A DNA stretch of 63,694 bases, counting the filler, from Octopus bimaculoides (Eukaryota), in assembly GCF_001194135.2 (NCBI RefSeq). It is 6 parts of 6 records of this genome, joined end to end, with 100 filler letters (N's around TTAATTAATTAA, not from the genome) between each part and the next. Parts side by side here need not be neighbours in the genome. Positions count along the whole stretch, not along the records: positions 51,566 to 59,806 come from NC_068996.1; positions 59,907 to 61,748 come from NW_026339828.1; positions 61,849 to 63,694 come from NW_026354711.1; 3 more parts are not named here. One strand, 5' to 3'. This document shows, piece after piece, positions 52,380 to 63,694 of the stretch. Under the pieces are notes generated by a model that searched no databases, was not told the DNA's origin, and was given only the letters and a program-made list of their open reading frames with translations. The position numbers were made by a program, and so were the translations under genes. The first letter of the stretch is position 1, and every line of letters begins with the position of its first letter.

Positions 52380-52990
52380 TAATAATAATAATGATAATAA
52401 TAATAATAATAACAATAATAATAATAATAAGATAAAAATAATAAAATAACATATTTTCAACAAAGATAAAGAAGCCAAAAGTAAGCAACACTAGTGCCAT
52501 GCAGCTGGGAGATGCCAATCTGTCAAAATGCCGATATATCAACACATTTGCAAACATAGAAATGTGGTCTAAGAGACATCAAACGAAAACACAGGCAGAA
52601 TTTGCGTTTTGATTGACATGACATTTCCATTAGATATTTCGAAAAGTTGAATACTTAACTTTCTAAGGGACAACTGAAGCGGCTCTCAGACCGACAACAC
52701 GTACATTATCTCTGGAACTGCAGTTAATCCATTATACCATTTTACAGACCATTTTACGGCACTTTAGAAAGAGAAGTTGCAGCTTTTTTTTTTCAGTCAC
52801 GTTAATGAAATATTTGCTACTTAGGCTTAGAGTTCCAAATCCTTTTCCTTCATAGATGCAAAGGTTAACAATTCGGCACGAAATTTGATAAGAGATTCAC
52901 CTTTTCCGTATTCCCAAAAACATCATGTGCAAGACTTATCTCTAGACAAAATTATTCTTGATGTTGTTGCTGTTGTTGTTCTTTTCGTTT

Positions 52991-53201
<211 letters not shown>

Positions 53202-53504
53202 TACTTTGACACTTTAGGTTCCAGTTACATATACTGTAATTGGTTCACGAAAAAGCAAAAATACCAATAACTTACTTCTGTGTTCTTCGAATTGCTTCAG
53301 CAAAATTATGAAAAACTACCCTCATGCGATCTTTCAGTAAAGTTGTTTGTATATTGTCTCTTTTCTTATTTTCATTTTTGGGGTAGGGTTATCTTACTTT
53401 TTTTGTTTTTTTTTTATTCAACTCTGTTTATTTCTGTTTATTATATCCCATAAATCAGTGTTCCACAATCTTTTTTCATTTGTGATACACTTATATTCCT
53501 TTGA

Positions 53505-53642
53505 AAATTCGGCGGCACAACTGGACTAAAAATGTAACAAAAAGTATAGGGAAAAAAATTATATTCAGGTTACACTGCAGCACATTTAGGATCACCTTGT
53601 GGCACACCAGTGTGCCGCGGAATACTATTGCGGAGCACTGCT
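53505..53642. mobile_element. hAT-type MITE terminal remnant
   Basis: ggcacaccagtgtgccgcgg subterminal palindrome and a TIR-like gagcactg end. Confidence 0.4.
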
Positions 53643-54278
53643 ATAAACTATAGAAGTACGGAAAGTTCCCTTCTTACAAACTAAATAAAACAAAGACATT
53701 TCGTCCTAGTTTCGAGATCCGGCAACTCGGTAGCTATAGGGATTGTTAATGATGACGAGGAACCCCATAAACAAAAAAGAAAACGCAGGAAAAAACACCC
53801 TGCACACACACCAAAGGACGCAAGGGCACTGCTGTAGCAGGCACAGTCAGGTCGGCAATAGTACCAACCACACCAGCTCTACAAACAACAGCACAACCAA
53901 CACTATCACAACTCCACCTGGTTCTCAAAACAAAACTTACACAAAAAACACGCAACCACACAGATTCAAAATTTCATGCTAGTGAGGGAATCCAACAAAG
54001 ATTTAATGGCTTCCTCGCATAGTCTGAAATAAAGAGATTGAGAGAGGGTCTGCAATATATGATACTTGCCTTTAAAGTACCAGAAAAGTTATCGTTAGTC
54101 AGTTTGATTCTAACAATAATAAGAAACAGCAAGGTTTTTTCCCCTTATGACGTTTTGCGTCTAATGTAAAAGCTACCAACAAACTTTTAAACGGGTTCCC
54201 AAAATAACCCTAATCAGAGACAGAGGTCGGCCCACCCGGCCGCCAACAACACCGTTGACTCAACTCTTTCTGGCTAGC

Positions 54279-56431
54279 ATGATAACTATTAGAGTAGGTT
54301 GTATGAATCGTGGCTGGAGTTGTCCTGGAATCAAGGACGCTTATCAATGACCCCCAGGTCGCTAAGTTTGGATGTGATAGCCGTCAGTGAGACCAGAATT
54401 TCGAATATGCACACACTTGCACCCTTTTTCAGGAGTTTGAGATTCATGCATCTCTGGCTCGTCTTGGAATAGAAGACGGGGTGGCAGGGCTGTTTAGGAA
54501 AGACCTGGATGTCCAGATAGGAACGATCTTCCTGGACCCAGAGGGTAAGTTGGTGGTCCTTGATGTGAGCAAAAGCGAAGGTGGTTCTTTTAGACTAGTC
54601 TCTGTGTACGACATGACTGGGGCGTGGTAGCGAGATTTTAGGCGTTTGATGGTTTATCTTGGGACATCTCGCTCTTTAGTACTTGTGTGTGATTGGAACG
54701 CCATTTTGGGGAGCATGCTTAGATAGGGTGGGGCTAGCCAATAGGTGAGTGGGGTGTAAAAGTCTCAGAAACTTGCTCAGTCACTTCCAGTTGGTTGACG
54801 TGTACGGACTGGATTTCCCGAATGCGCCAAGAGCAAACTGCATGGGGACTTCTACATCGTATCTAGATAGAGTATTTTGCAGGCATGTAGCTAGAAGTAG
54901 CATAAGTTGTTCATAATTCAAAGCCATCGGCTGCAGAGATCACAAACTTGTGATCTGCACGATTGGCCTACATAGAAATCATTGACAGGACCCCGGGTAT
55001 TGGAAGCTGAACGCCTCTTTCCTGGCACGTCAAACATTCAGAGACTGGATTAGAAAATTACTCCATCGGAAGTTGTCAGGTGCAGTCGTAAACAACCAAT
55101 AGCGAATAGCACATCTACTCCAGTAGCCCTGAAAAGGACTTTAAGAGTAGAAGCTGAAGGGTTTAGTAAAGAAAGAGCGTAAGTGGAATCTAGCGTAGAG
55201 GGAGACCTAGTTAGGAAGCTAGAAGAGGTGTTTAGGAGAGGCATAGTGACTGACGTACTGGCGGCGAGATTGGTTCTTGATCAATTCTTCAATACCAAGT
55301 AAGAAAATTGCGTTGTCAGAGCTAGGGCGCGCGCGAAGGCACTAGAGAAACAAAGCCGTCCAATGAGTCTGAGTGGTAGAGCGACTAGGTGTCAATAAAT
55401 CGAGAATTCGATTTTCGACGGATTAGTGTCAGGTGCATGCTACTCGAATCAACAGTCGGAGAAGGGAGTGCATTTCACCTCCTGTCTTGGTGGCATGTTG
55501 AGCCTTTCGAGTTGGGATGGGGAGTTCTACAACATGCCGATAACAGCCGAAAACAACGAAACACGATGACTAGCTGCTCAAAGGAGAATTTTCCGGGTAG
55601 GATTTCTTGGTGGTTGCCTCCCACTATTGGCAGCAGAACAGGAGAATAATTGTTCTTTTCCAGAAAACTTTCGGACCTATGGATAATTCTCAAGAATCTT
55701 TGGCCTGATAGTGCTACCGTGGAACTCAGCTTGTTCAATACAAACTCTACAGGCACAAAGTGCTGTCAAATGGACCTATCACGGATGTGGGCAGTGCGAT
55801 GAAACCGATCTGTATGCACTGGTCCAGTATCTGGACATAGCTGCTTTGTGGAGATTTCTCGAACAGCTGCTGATGTGTGTAAGACGGATCTGGTTATCAG
55901 CAGAGTCTATTGTGAGGATCGTCCCATCGCCTTCTTTTGACTGGGAAAGGAAGGAAATTTTCCTTTGTTTGCTGACTATTGCGACCGTGGTCGCATCGTG
56001 AACGAAGCTGGAATGATTGAAAATAGACACCTTCTCCTTCATCTAATTTCTCATTGACTCTTTCAAGTTTCATTAAAAAATAAAGTAAGGGTGGAGAAGC
56101 AAGTGCTACTCCCAGTAATTTCGTTGCAATGTAGCGAGGATGGCCCGTGTGAAATGTCTACTTGGAGCATGCGATTCAAAGCCAGCAGAGTTGAGGAGTG
56201 AGTGTCCGTCTGAGGTGCCCCTGGTGTTCGGAGGAACCAGGATGTGTGGGATTCTTCGGTTGACCCGGGGAGGACCTCCTCACTTTTGGGGAATTTTACT
56301 GTTGCATATTTGTTGTTAATTGTTATCGTTTTATTGTATACACATAGTTTTGTTCTGAGCCGCACTTTTCCCTTCAGTTGTGTATTGTCCCTCTTTGTTT
56401 TGTGATCGCCCCTTCAGGCCAATAAAGAATA
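54279..56431 (+). mobile_element. Tx1/L1-clade LINE ORF2 pseudogene, internally deleted, with 3' UTR, AATAAA and (TAT)n tail
   Basis: APE motifs LDVIAVSETR, DPEGKLVVLDV, DWNAIL, SYLDRVF, DHKLV, GYWKLNASF; C-terminal CGQCDETDLYALVQ..LW; AATAAA at 56421. Confidence 0.9.
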
Positions 56432-56432
56432 G

Positions 56433-56499
<67 letters not shown>

Positions 56500-56503
<4 letters not shown>

Positions 56504-56769
56504 TATTATTATTATTGTTGTTGTTCAGTAGTTTTATTTTTATTACGTGCTTTCACTTCACTACCGAGCGCAGCTCTGTGTGCCTTGGGTATGTGCTGTG
56601 GTTTGCTGTGATGCTCTTATGGTTACTGTATTGAAAGAGTTTTGCGTAAGATGTGTGCAGTGCCCAGTAGTGCAATTTTCTATATGTTATATATATTTGT
56701 AAGTCCTGGTGTTTTTGTTATGTATTTGTCTGAATATGTTTTTATCATACCTAAGGCGCCTACTATGAT
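56500..56769 (-). mobile_element. R4/Dong-like LINE 3' end
   Basis: IIVGALGMIK...KIALLGTAHILRKTLS* followed by a 3' UTR and (AAT)n. Confidence 0.85.
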
Positions 56770-57639
56770 NNNNNNNNNNNNNNNNNNNNNNNNNNNNNNN
56801 NNNNNNNNNNNNNNNNNNNNNNNNNNNNNNNNNNNNNNNNNNNNNNNNNNNNNNNNNNNNNNNNNNNNNNNNNNNNNNNNNNNNNNNNNNNNNNNNNNNN
56901 NNNNNNNNNNNNNNNNNNNNNNNNNNNNNNNNNNNNNNNNNNNNNNNNNNNNNNNNNNNNNNNNNNNNNNNNNNNNNNNNNNNNNNNNNNNNNNNNNNNN
57001 NNNNNNNNNNNNNNNNNNNNNNNNNNNNNNNNNNNNNNNNNNNNNNNNNNNNNNNNNNNNNNNNNNNNNNNNNNNNNNNNNNNNNNNNNNNNNNNNNNNN
57101 NNNNNNNNNNNNNNNNNNNNNNNNNNNNNNNNNNNNNNNNNNNNNNNNNNNNNNNNNNNNNNNNNNNNNNNNNNNNNNNNNNNNNNNNNNNNNNNNNNNN
57201 NNNNNNNNNNNNNNNNNNNNNNNNNNNNNNNNNNNNNNNNNNNNNNNNNNNNNNNNNNNNNNNNNNNNNNNNNNNNNNNNNNNNNNNNNNNNNNNNNNNN
57301 NNNNNNNNNNNNNNNNNNNNNNNNNNNNNNNNNNNNNNNNNNNNNNNNNNNNNNNNNNNNNNNNNNNNNNNNNNNNNNNNNNNNNNNNNNNNNNNNNNNN
57401 NNNNNNNNNNNNNNNNNNNNNNNNNNNNNNNNNNNNNNNNNNNNNNNNNNNNNNNNNNNNNNNNNNNNNNNNNNNNNNNNNNNNNNNNNNNNNNNNNNNN
57501 NNNNNNNNNNNNNNNNNNNNNNNNNNNNNNNNNNNNNNNNNNNNNNNNNNNNNNNNNNNNNNNNNNNNNNNNNNNNNNNNNNNNNNNNNNNNNNNNNNNN
57601 NNNNNNNNNNNNNNNNNNNNNNNNNNNNNNNNNNNNNNN

Positions 57640-57723
<84 letters not shown>

Positions 57724-58174
57724 CATCATCACTATTATTATCATTATTTTCCAAATCTTGGAGATACAGTTAAGAAAAATAAATATAAATGATGGTTGAA
57801 ATAAGCAGTAGAGACAGATGAAATTAACGCTGAGTGGTGAGACATTTTATATGAAAACTGTTTTTCCTTTCTCAAGAGAATACGTTAAAATTTGCCTTAA
57901 AATTTTACAAGCTACTTCATTTTCTTCATTACTTGAGACTTTTTTCTTTATCTTTCTTACTCGAGCACATGTTTTCTATATTTCTAAACTCTAACTTATA
58001 ATATTCTTTATTTTATTGTTTGTTTTGTTTCTGTTTGTCGCCTTCTTTTCATCTTTATTTTCTCTTCAAGCTTGGAATTCTTCCAGTTGATGAAGGATAA
58101 ATCCATCCGAAGCTAGAAACAGACGGAAGTGGAAAGATGTGAGTGTGTGTGCATGCGCGCCTGTGCGTACGTGT

Positions 58175-58212
<38 letters not shown>

Positions 58213-58280
58213 ATGTGTGTGGGTGCGTGCGTATGCGTGTGTGTGTGTGTGTGTGTGTGCGTGTGTGTGCGTGTATGTGT

Positions 58281-58320
<40 letters not shown>

Positions 58321-58436
58321 CTGTGTGAGCGTGCGTGTACATAAACGCACACACATATACTCACATATACATATATACTGAGACTGAAAGTAAGTGAGAA
58401 AGAAAGAGAAAGATATATAGAAAGAGAGAGAAAGAA

Positions 58437-58483
<47 letters not shown>

Positions 58484-58767
58484 GAAAAAGAGAGAGAGAG
58501 CGAGAGCGAGAGCGAGAGCGAGAGCGAGAGAGAAAGAGAGAGAGAAATGGACAGTTATCATAACCACCATAATTTTTCTCATCATTGTTTTCAGCACGAA
58601 CTGTCTCCATAACAACCAGCACCACCATTTTCCATCGTATCTTCCATCAAGGTCATTAACACCTGACCATCCCCTACTATAAATACTATCACTAGTAGAA
58701 ACAATAACCATCGACAATAATAAGAATAACAACAACAACAACAACGCGTCCAGCGATTATGATTAAT

Positions 58768-59623
58768 GGTTCATCCCATAAATAATGCGGTTTTTTTCAA
58801 TTGCATGAACTAAAAGGAGGACGGGATAACTTACCTGAATCAACTTCCCTGAAAAGCATGTAGTAATTTTACCTTGTCCTTATTCTTAGTGCAAGTTTTA
58901 AAGAGTGCAGTTATTTTTTCAGAGCTATAATGGAAGTGACAAAGGAGCATATTCGGTATATTTTGCTTTATGAGTTCAATAAAGGCAATAACACAACAGA
59001 AAGTGCGAAGAATATTAATGCAGTGTATGGGGATTAGACGATAAGCGCAAGTCAGTGTCAATAGTGGTTTCAGAAAATCCGAGCTGGGAACTACAGCCCA
59101 GAAGACGAGCTTCGTCCTGGAAGATCTGTAGAGCTCGACGAGGACGTTCTGCAACCCTTGTGGAACAAAATCCCATCGAAACTGTTGAGGAACTAACAGA
59201 GAAGCTTGGATTTGGTTATTCAACCATTCACCGACACCATTAGCAAATTGTTTAAATGGGTTCCTCACAAACTTTCAGAAACTAATGCGAGAGTGACATT
59301 CGAAAGGCTGGAGCAGTTTGAATGGGAAACAATGCCTCACCCACTATATTCGCCGGACATTACCTCATCTGATTATCATTTATTCCGCAGTCTTCAAAAT
59401 CATTTGGACGGGAAAAATATGAACTCTGTAGACAAGGTCAGAACAGTACTGGAGGAGTATTTTTCGTCACGGACAAGTGAATTTTGGAAGAGGAGCCTTG
59501 CAAATCTACCAGACAGATGGAAGAGCATTGTAGAAAATGAAGGAGAGTATATTCTAGATAAAAAAATAATTTTTAAAAAATTAATTTTGAAAAATAAGAG
59601 AAGTATTTAAAAAAACTGCATTA
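58768..59623 (+). mobile_element. Mariner transposon, internally deleted pseudogene
   Basis: ATG at 58930 MEVTKEHIRYILLYEF (HTH), WVPHKL joined to NARVT (catalytic core deleted), HPLYSPDI; TIR remnants taatgcggttttttt / aaaaaaactgcatta. Confidence 0.92.
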
Positions 59624-59775
59624 TACGGGTAAATTGTTACATAATTTAATTTAAACTTAACTTTAGATCCTGTATATACGAGGATCTGTATGTATCGAAA
59701 CATTTGTAGTGATTAAAAAGCTGCCTAACTGTACTTACTCTTCCTTTTGTCTCTTTTACTTTTTACTTTTTACTT

Positions 59776-59806
<31 letters not shown>

Positions 59807-59906
59807 NNNNNNNNNNNNNNNNNNNNNNNNNNNNNNNNNNNNNNNNNNNNTTAATTAATTAANNNNNNNNNNNNNNNNNNNNNNNNNNNNNNNNNNNNNN
59901 NNNNNN

Positions 59907-61408
59907 TCTTCCCAAAACCAACTATAGAAAAAGAACTGAAAGACTATTTGTCCTCTCTGAAATACATATCCCGCGGTGTCAAGCATGTTTGACACCTCGG
60001 AGGAGGCTCGCAATTTTTCGGGCCAGCCCTTAGAGGGAAACGAAATTATGTTCCTCCTGTCGTACTGCGGGAGGAATTAATAAGAGCCTGGGTATGTGGG
60101 TTACCCCCAAGCACCGAGGCGGGTTGGATTGAAGATACCATCCGACGGGGCCTGAACAAGTAAAAGAGTATACAAATAGAGGCTCTTAAATGTAAGAGTA
60201 TCGCCGGCAGTCGATTGGGTAGGGTCAAAAGCAATTTTGACCCTGTGGACCCCATCGGCTGCAACAGATCTGGTTTTTCCAGATATTTTTTAAATCGCTG
60301 GCTGTAGGTATCCGTTGATACTTGAGGGACGCTCCACCAAGTGTCACTCATGCCTGGAGCCAGACCACATCAAAAAGAACTGNNNNNNNNNNNNNNNNNN
60401 NNNNNNNNNNNNNNNNNNNNNNNNNNNNNNNNNNNNNNNNNNNNNNNNNNNNNNNNNNNNNNNNNNNNNNNNNNNNNNNNNNNNNNNNNNNNNNNNNNNN
60501 NNNNNNNNNNNNNNNNNNNNNNNNNNNNNNNNNNNNNNNNNNNNNNNNNNNNNNNNNNNNNNNNNNNNNNNNNNNNNNNNNNNNNNNNNNNNNNNNNNNN
60601 NNNNNNNNNNNNNNNNNNNNNNNNNNNNNNNNNNNNNNNNNNNNNNNNNNNNNNNNNNNNNNNNNNNNNNNNNNNNNNNNNNNNNNNNNNNNNNNNNNNN
60701 NNNNNNNNNNNNNNNNNNNNNNNNNNNNNNNNNNNNNNNNNNNNNNNNNNNNNNNNNNNNNNNNNNNNNNNNNNNNNNNNNNNNNNNNNNNNNNNNNNNN
60801 NNNNNNNNNNNNNNNNNNNNNNNNNNNNNNNNNNNNNNNNNNNNNNNNNNNNNNNNNNNNNNNNNNNNNNNNNNNNNNNNNNNNNNNNNNNNNNNNNNNN
60901 NNNNNNNNNNNNNNNNNNNNNNNNNNNNNNNNNNNNNNNNNNNNNNNNNNNNNNNNNNNNNNNNNNNNNNNNNNNNNNNNNNNNNNNNNNNNNNNNNNNN
61001 NNNNNNNNNNNNNNNNNNNNNNNNNNNNNNNNNNNNNNNNNNNNNNNNNNNNNNNNNNNNNNNNNNNNNNNNNNNNNNNNNNNNNNNNNNNNNNNNNNNN
61101 NNNNNNNNNNNNNNNNNNNATTACCTATCTTCTTCTACAAGGGCTGGGAGGTGGAAAAAATAGTGGAGGAGCACAAAGAGACAATAGATATGACCTGCAC
61201 ACAGGATCCCGAATGGCTTCCGCAGATAGCTGTTGAGGTCATAAGGTTTTCCGTGTGGGAAAAGCTGAAAAGACTGAAAGAGGAATGTCGCATATGGCCG
61301 GGTGGCCCTAGCATGACATATGCTTTGTACATGAATGAGGCATGGGAAATGGCGGGGTACGGGACCATAAGCGACAATGAAGATAATGATGGATATATTG
61401 ATGAGTAG
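59907..61408 (+). mobile_element. Gag/ORF1-like retroelement ORF relic with a CCHC zinc knuckle (spans a gap)
   Basis: CHSCLEPDHIKKNC = CX2CX4HX4C at 60342-60382 (last codon cut by the gap); in-frame stops upstream. Confidence 0.6.
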
Positions 61409-61869
61409 GAGGTGAAAAAACCTCGTAAGTATTAAATAGTAAGAGGGCTTGAAACCTCATCCTATTTAATTTAAATGCATTATTTATAATGGTTCTAAAC
61501 CTCAATTGTGTGTGTTTAAAAAAAAATGTTACGTAAGAGGTTTTAGTGCCTCCTTTTTGTAAGAGGTTTGAAACCTCATATTGATTTTTAAAACAAAAAA
61601 ATATGTTTTCAAGAAAATCCAATCAGCGGGCGTTGGATTTCGTCTCTCATTTATTCATTTTATTTCATTTTCATTCATTAATGTGTTCAGCCCGCAGTTA
61701 CTCTGTATACTGCCTTTATGGCAAATAAAATGAAATAAAGTAGCTTGCNNNNNNNNNNNNNNNNNNNNNNNNNNNNNNNNNNNNNNNNNNNNTTAATTAA
61801 TTAANNNNNNNNNNNNNNNNNNNNNNNNNNNNNNNNNNNNNNNNNNNNATATGTATCTCCTACTCCCAC

Positions 61870-63060
61870 ACTCCTACTATTCTTAGGAGAATCATTAGGA
61901 GTTCAGTCCTCAGGCATCTCTTCTTCAGGGTCCTATTAGAAGCAATGATCATTACACTTCCTGGCTAGATTCTCTAAGAGGACAACCTGAGACTATGGAC
62001 GGATTCTATCCAAGCATTTCATTCTAGTTCTACCCCTAGGTCTCCTGCCATTTGGCTTGGCTTGAAGAATCTGTTTTGCAATCCTTTCCTGTGATCTCAC
62101 AATGTGGAAAAGAAGGGGTTTGACCAAGAGAAACTCCCTGATCACCAAGCTTTGCACCCTGTTCAGTAACATTACTCCAGAGGCCCATTGCTTTTATTCA
62201 GGATTGTACTGTCAGTCCTTGCCTAACATTCAGGGCCTTAATGAAGGCACAAAAACAGAATTGAAGAAAGTAACTTTGGCTTTTCTTACCAACCTCTCCT
62301 TTTCTAAGGATCAAATGTTGAAGCTGATACCTAAGTGATGTAGCAGTTCCCTTGTTCACTGGAATTGTCACTCTGTAGTCTTTTGATAGCAAACTTTTCT
62401 TCCTTAGTGATGTTTGGTTTGGGAAGTTTCATTTTTTCTAGTACCTGTCTCACTTTCCACCTTAGTTCATCTCCCTGAGCTTTTGGTATCTTTATGGCTA
62501 TCTTTTCAGTAGGGGCTATTATGTCCAAGTATGCAATATGCTTGATGGTTGTTGCAAAGTTGAGGCCTTTGTTTAGTACTGCTTCTTCGGAGCTTTCTAG
62601 ATGTCGGCTACTTACCTTAATTACTGCTTTCACAGGTGGGTGATGGACTTAATCTTCATTCTCTGACCTTTGAGCTTCATAAACTTCTTAATCTGGCATG
62701 TCTTCACCTTTTCAAACTCTTTCTTGTACGACTTTTCTAGATCTTGTTGGATTCTCTTTCTATCATCATCTCTGTTTATTTTTCAAAGTAATGAAGATAA
62801 CCTCTCTCTAATTCCATTCTTTAGTTGATGCTTTTTCCAACGCTCTCATGGACAAGGGCATGTCCTGCCCTTTCTGCTACTCTTTGAGCTTTATGTGAAT
62901 CCACTAGTGTCATTATATTCAAGCCAGGTGGTATTAGCTTTGAGTCTCTACATCTACACAGGAAAGTTAGATGGTTTGAAAGACGAGCTAGTTTTTGATG
63001 GAGTTTCTCTGTATATCTCCATTGAAGTCTAATGTCAGTTCCGTTCCAATTAGATAATAC
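61870..63060 (-). mobile_element. Penelope (Poseidon-like) element 5' ORF relic
   Basis: EKLHQKLARLSNHLTFLCRCRDSKLIPPGL; VLNKGLNFATT...KPNITKEEKFAIKRL; IPVNKGTAT (degenerate PADKG). These are typical PLE N-terminal motifs. Confidence 0.85.
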
Positions 63061-63061
63061 A

Positions 63062-63248
63062 GTTCTATATTTGAGAGATGAAGAGTTATGTACATTATTT
63101 ACATTTGATGGATATTTGTCCTCAACTTGTTTGTTGTTAACACAACGTTTCGGTTGATATACTCTTGAGCCTTCATCAGGTGTCTTGAGGAAATTTCGAA
63201 CCTGGGTTCTCATTCCTAAGGTATTTTTTGATGTTATTATCATTATTA

Positions 63249-63342
<94 letters not shown>

Positions 63343-63450
63343 CATTATTATTGCTATTATTATTATTCAGGTCACTGCCTGGAATCAAACTTGGAATCTT
63401 GGGGTTAGTAGCCTGTATTCTTAACCACTACACCTTATGCCCATGGGCAT
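63062..63450 (-). mobile_element. SINE family C copy abutting the Penelope ORF
   Basis: Same head, (AAT)n, aaataccttaggaatgagaacccaggttcgaaattt, hammerhead and tail as 45.1-45.4 kb. Confidence 0.9.
63139..63184 (-). ncRNA. Minimal type I hammerhead ribozyme with a decayed stem II
   Basis: GACAC CTGATGA aggctc...caacc GAAACGTT GTGTT; core intact, two stem II mismatches. Confidence 0.6.
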
Positions 63451-63471
63451 TTATGGAGTGAATTTTAGGAC

Positions 63472-63484
63472 TTCCAGGCAGTGA

Positions 63485-63530
<46 letters not shown>
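63472..63530 (+). mobile_element. Inverted partial copy of SINE C (B-box end plus (AAT)n)
   Basis: ttccaggcagtgacctgaataataat, head-to-head with 63062-63450. Confidence 0.85.
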
Positions 63531-63536
<6 letters not shown>

Positions 63537-63694
63537 CTGACCCTAAACAGACAAATCCGTCCCCGAATGTCAACGCCAAAGCTCGTCATGTCTCAATGAT
63601 AACAAGGCAGATCACAAACCAGAGTGGTTATCGACCGAATCACAAAGGGCCACTCACTCGAAATAGATCTGCTAGCCTTAAGAAGCTACGTCAC

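Noticed and set aside
52900-52945. Short minus-strand exon-like stretch (ISLAHDVFGNTEK)
   Set aside because: It is too short to distinguish from chance AG/GT placement.

Overview
AT-rich, microsatellite-dense eukaryotic DNA with many assembly gaps. The SINE families look to me like those of an octopus/coleoid cephalopod genome; this is inferred from recognition, not a database result. No intact protein-coding gene is supported, and almost all ORFs in the track are microsatellite or N-gap artefacts. The window is a graveyard of transposons: four tRNA-derived SINE families (called A, B, C and E here), Penelope-like element (PLE) relics, Tx1/L1, RTE, R4/Dong-like and CRE-like LINE fragments, and mariner, hAT and probable piggyBac DNA transposon remnants. 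The most interesting structure is SINE family C. It is a Pol III tRNA head, an internal (AAT)n, a minimal type I hammerhead ribozyme and a tail. One copy (45.0-45.4 kb) has a 12-bp TSD and an inverted tail at its 5' end. A second copy (63.06-63.45 kb) runs directly into the N-terminal ORF of a Penelope element. This suggests a ribozyme-bearing SINE mobilised by Penelope machinery. Also notable: a Penelope relic with three nested insertions that can be reconstructed from their TSDs, REL-type LINEs sitting in microsatellites, a gag-like zinc-knuckle ORF followed by a hairpin array, several unexplained inverted repeats, and one candidate host exon.
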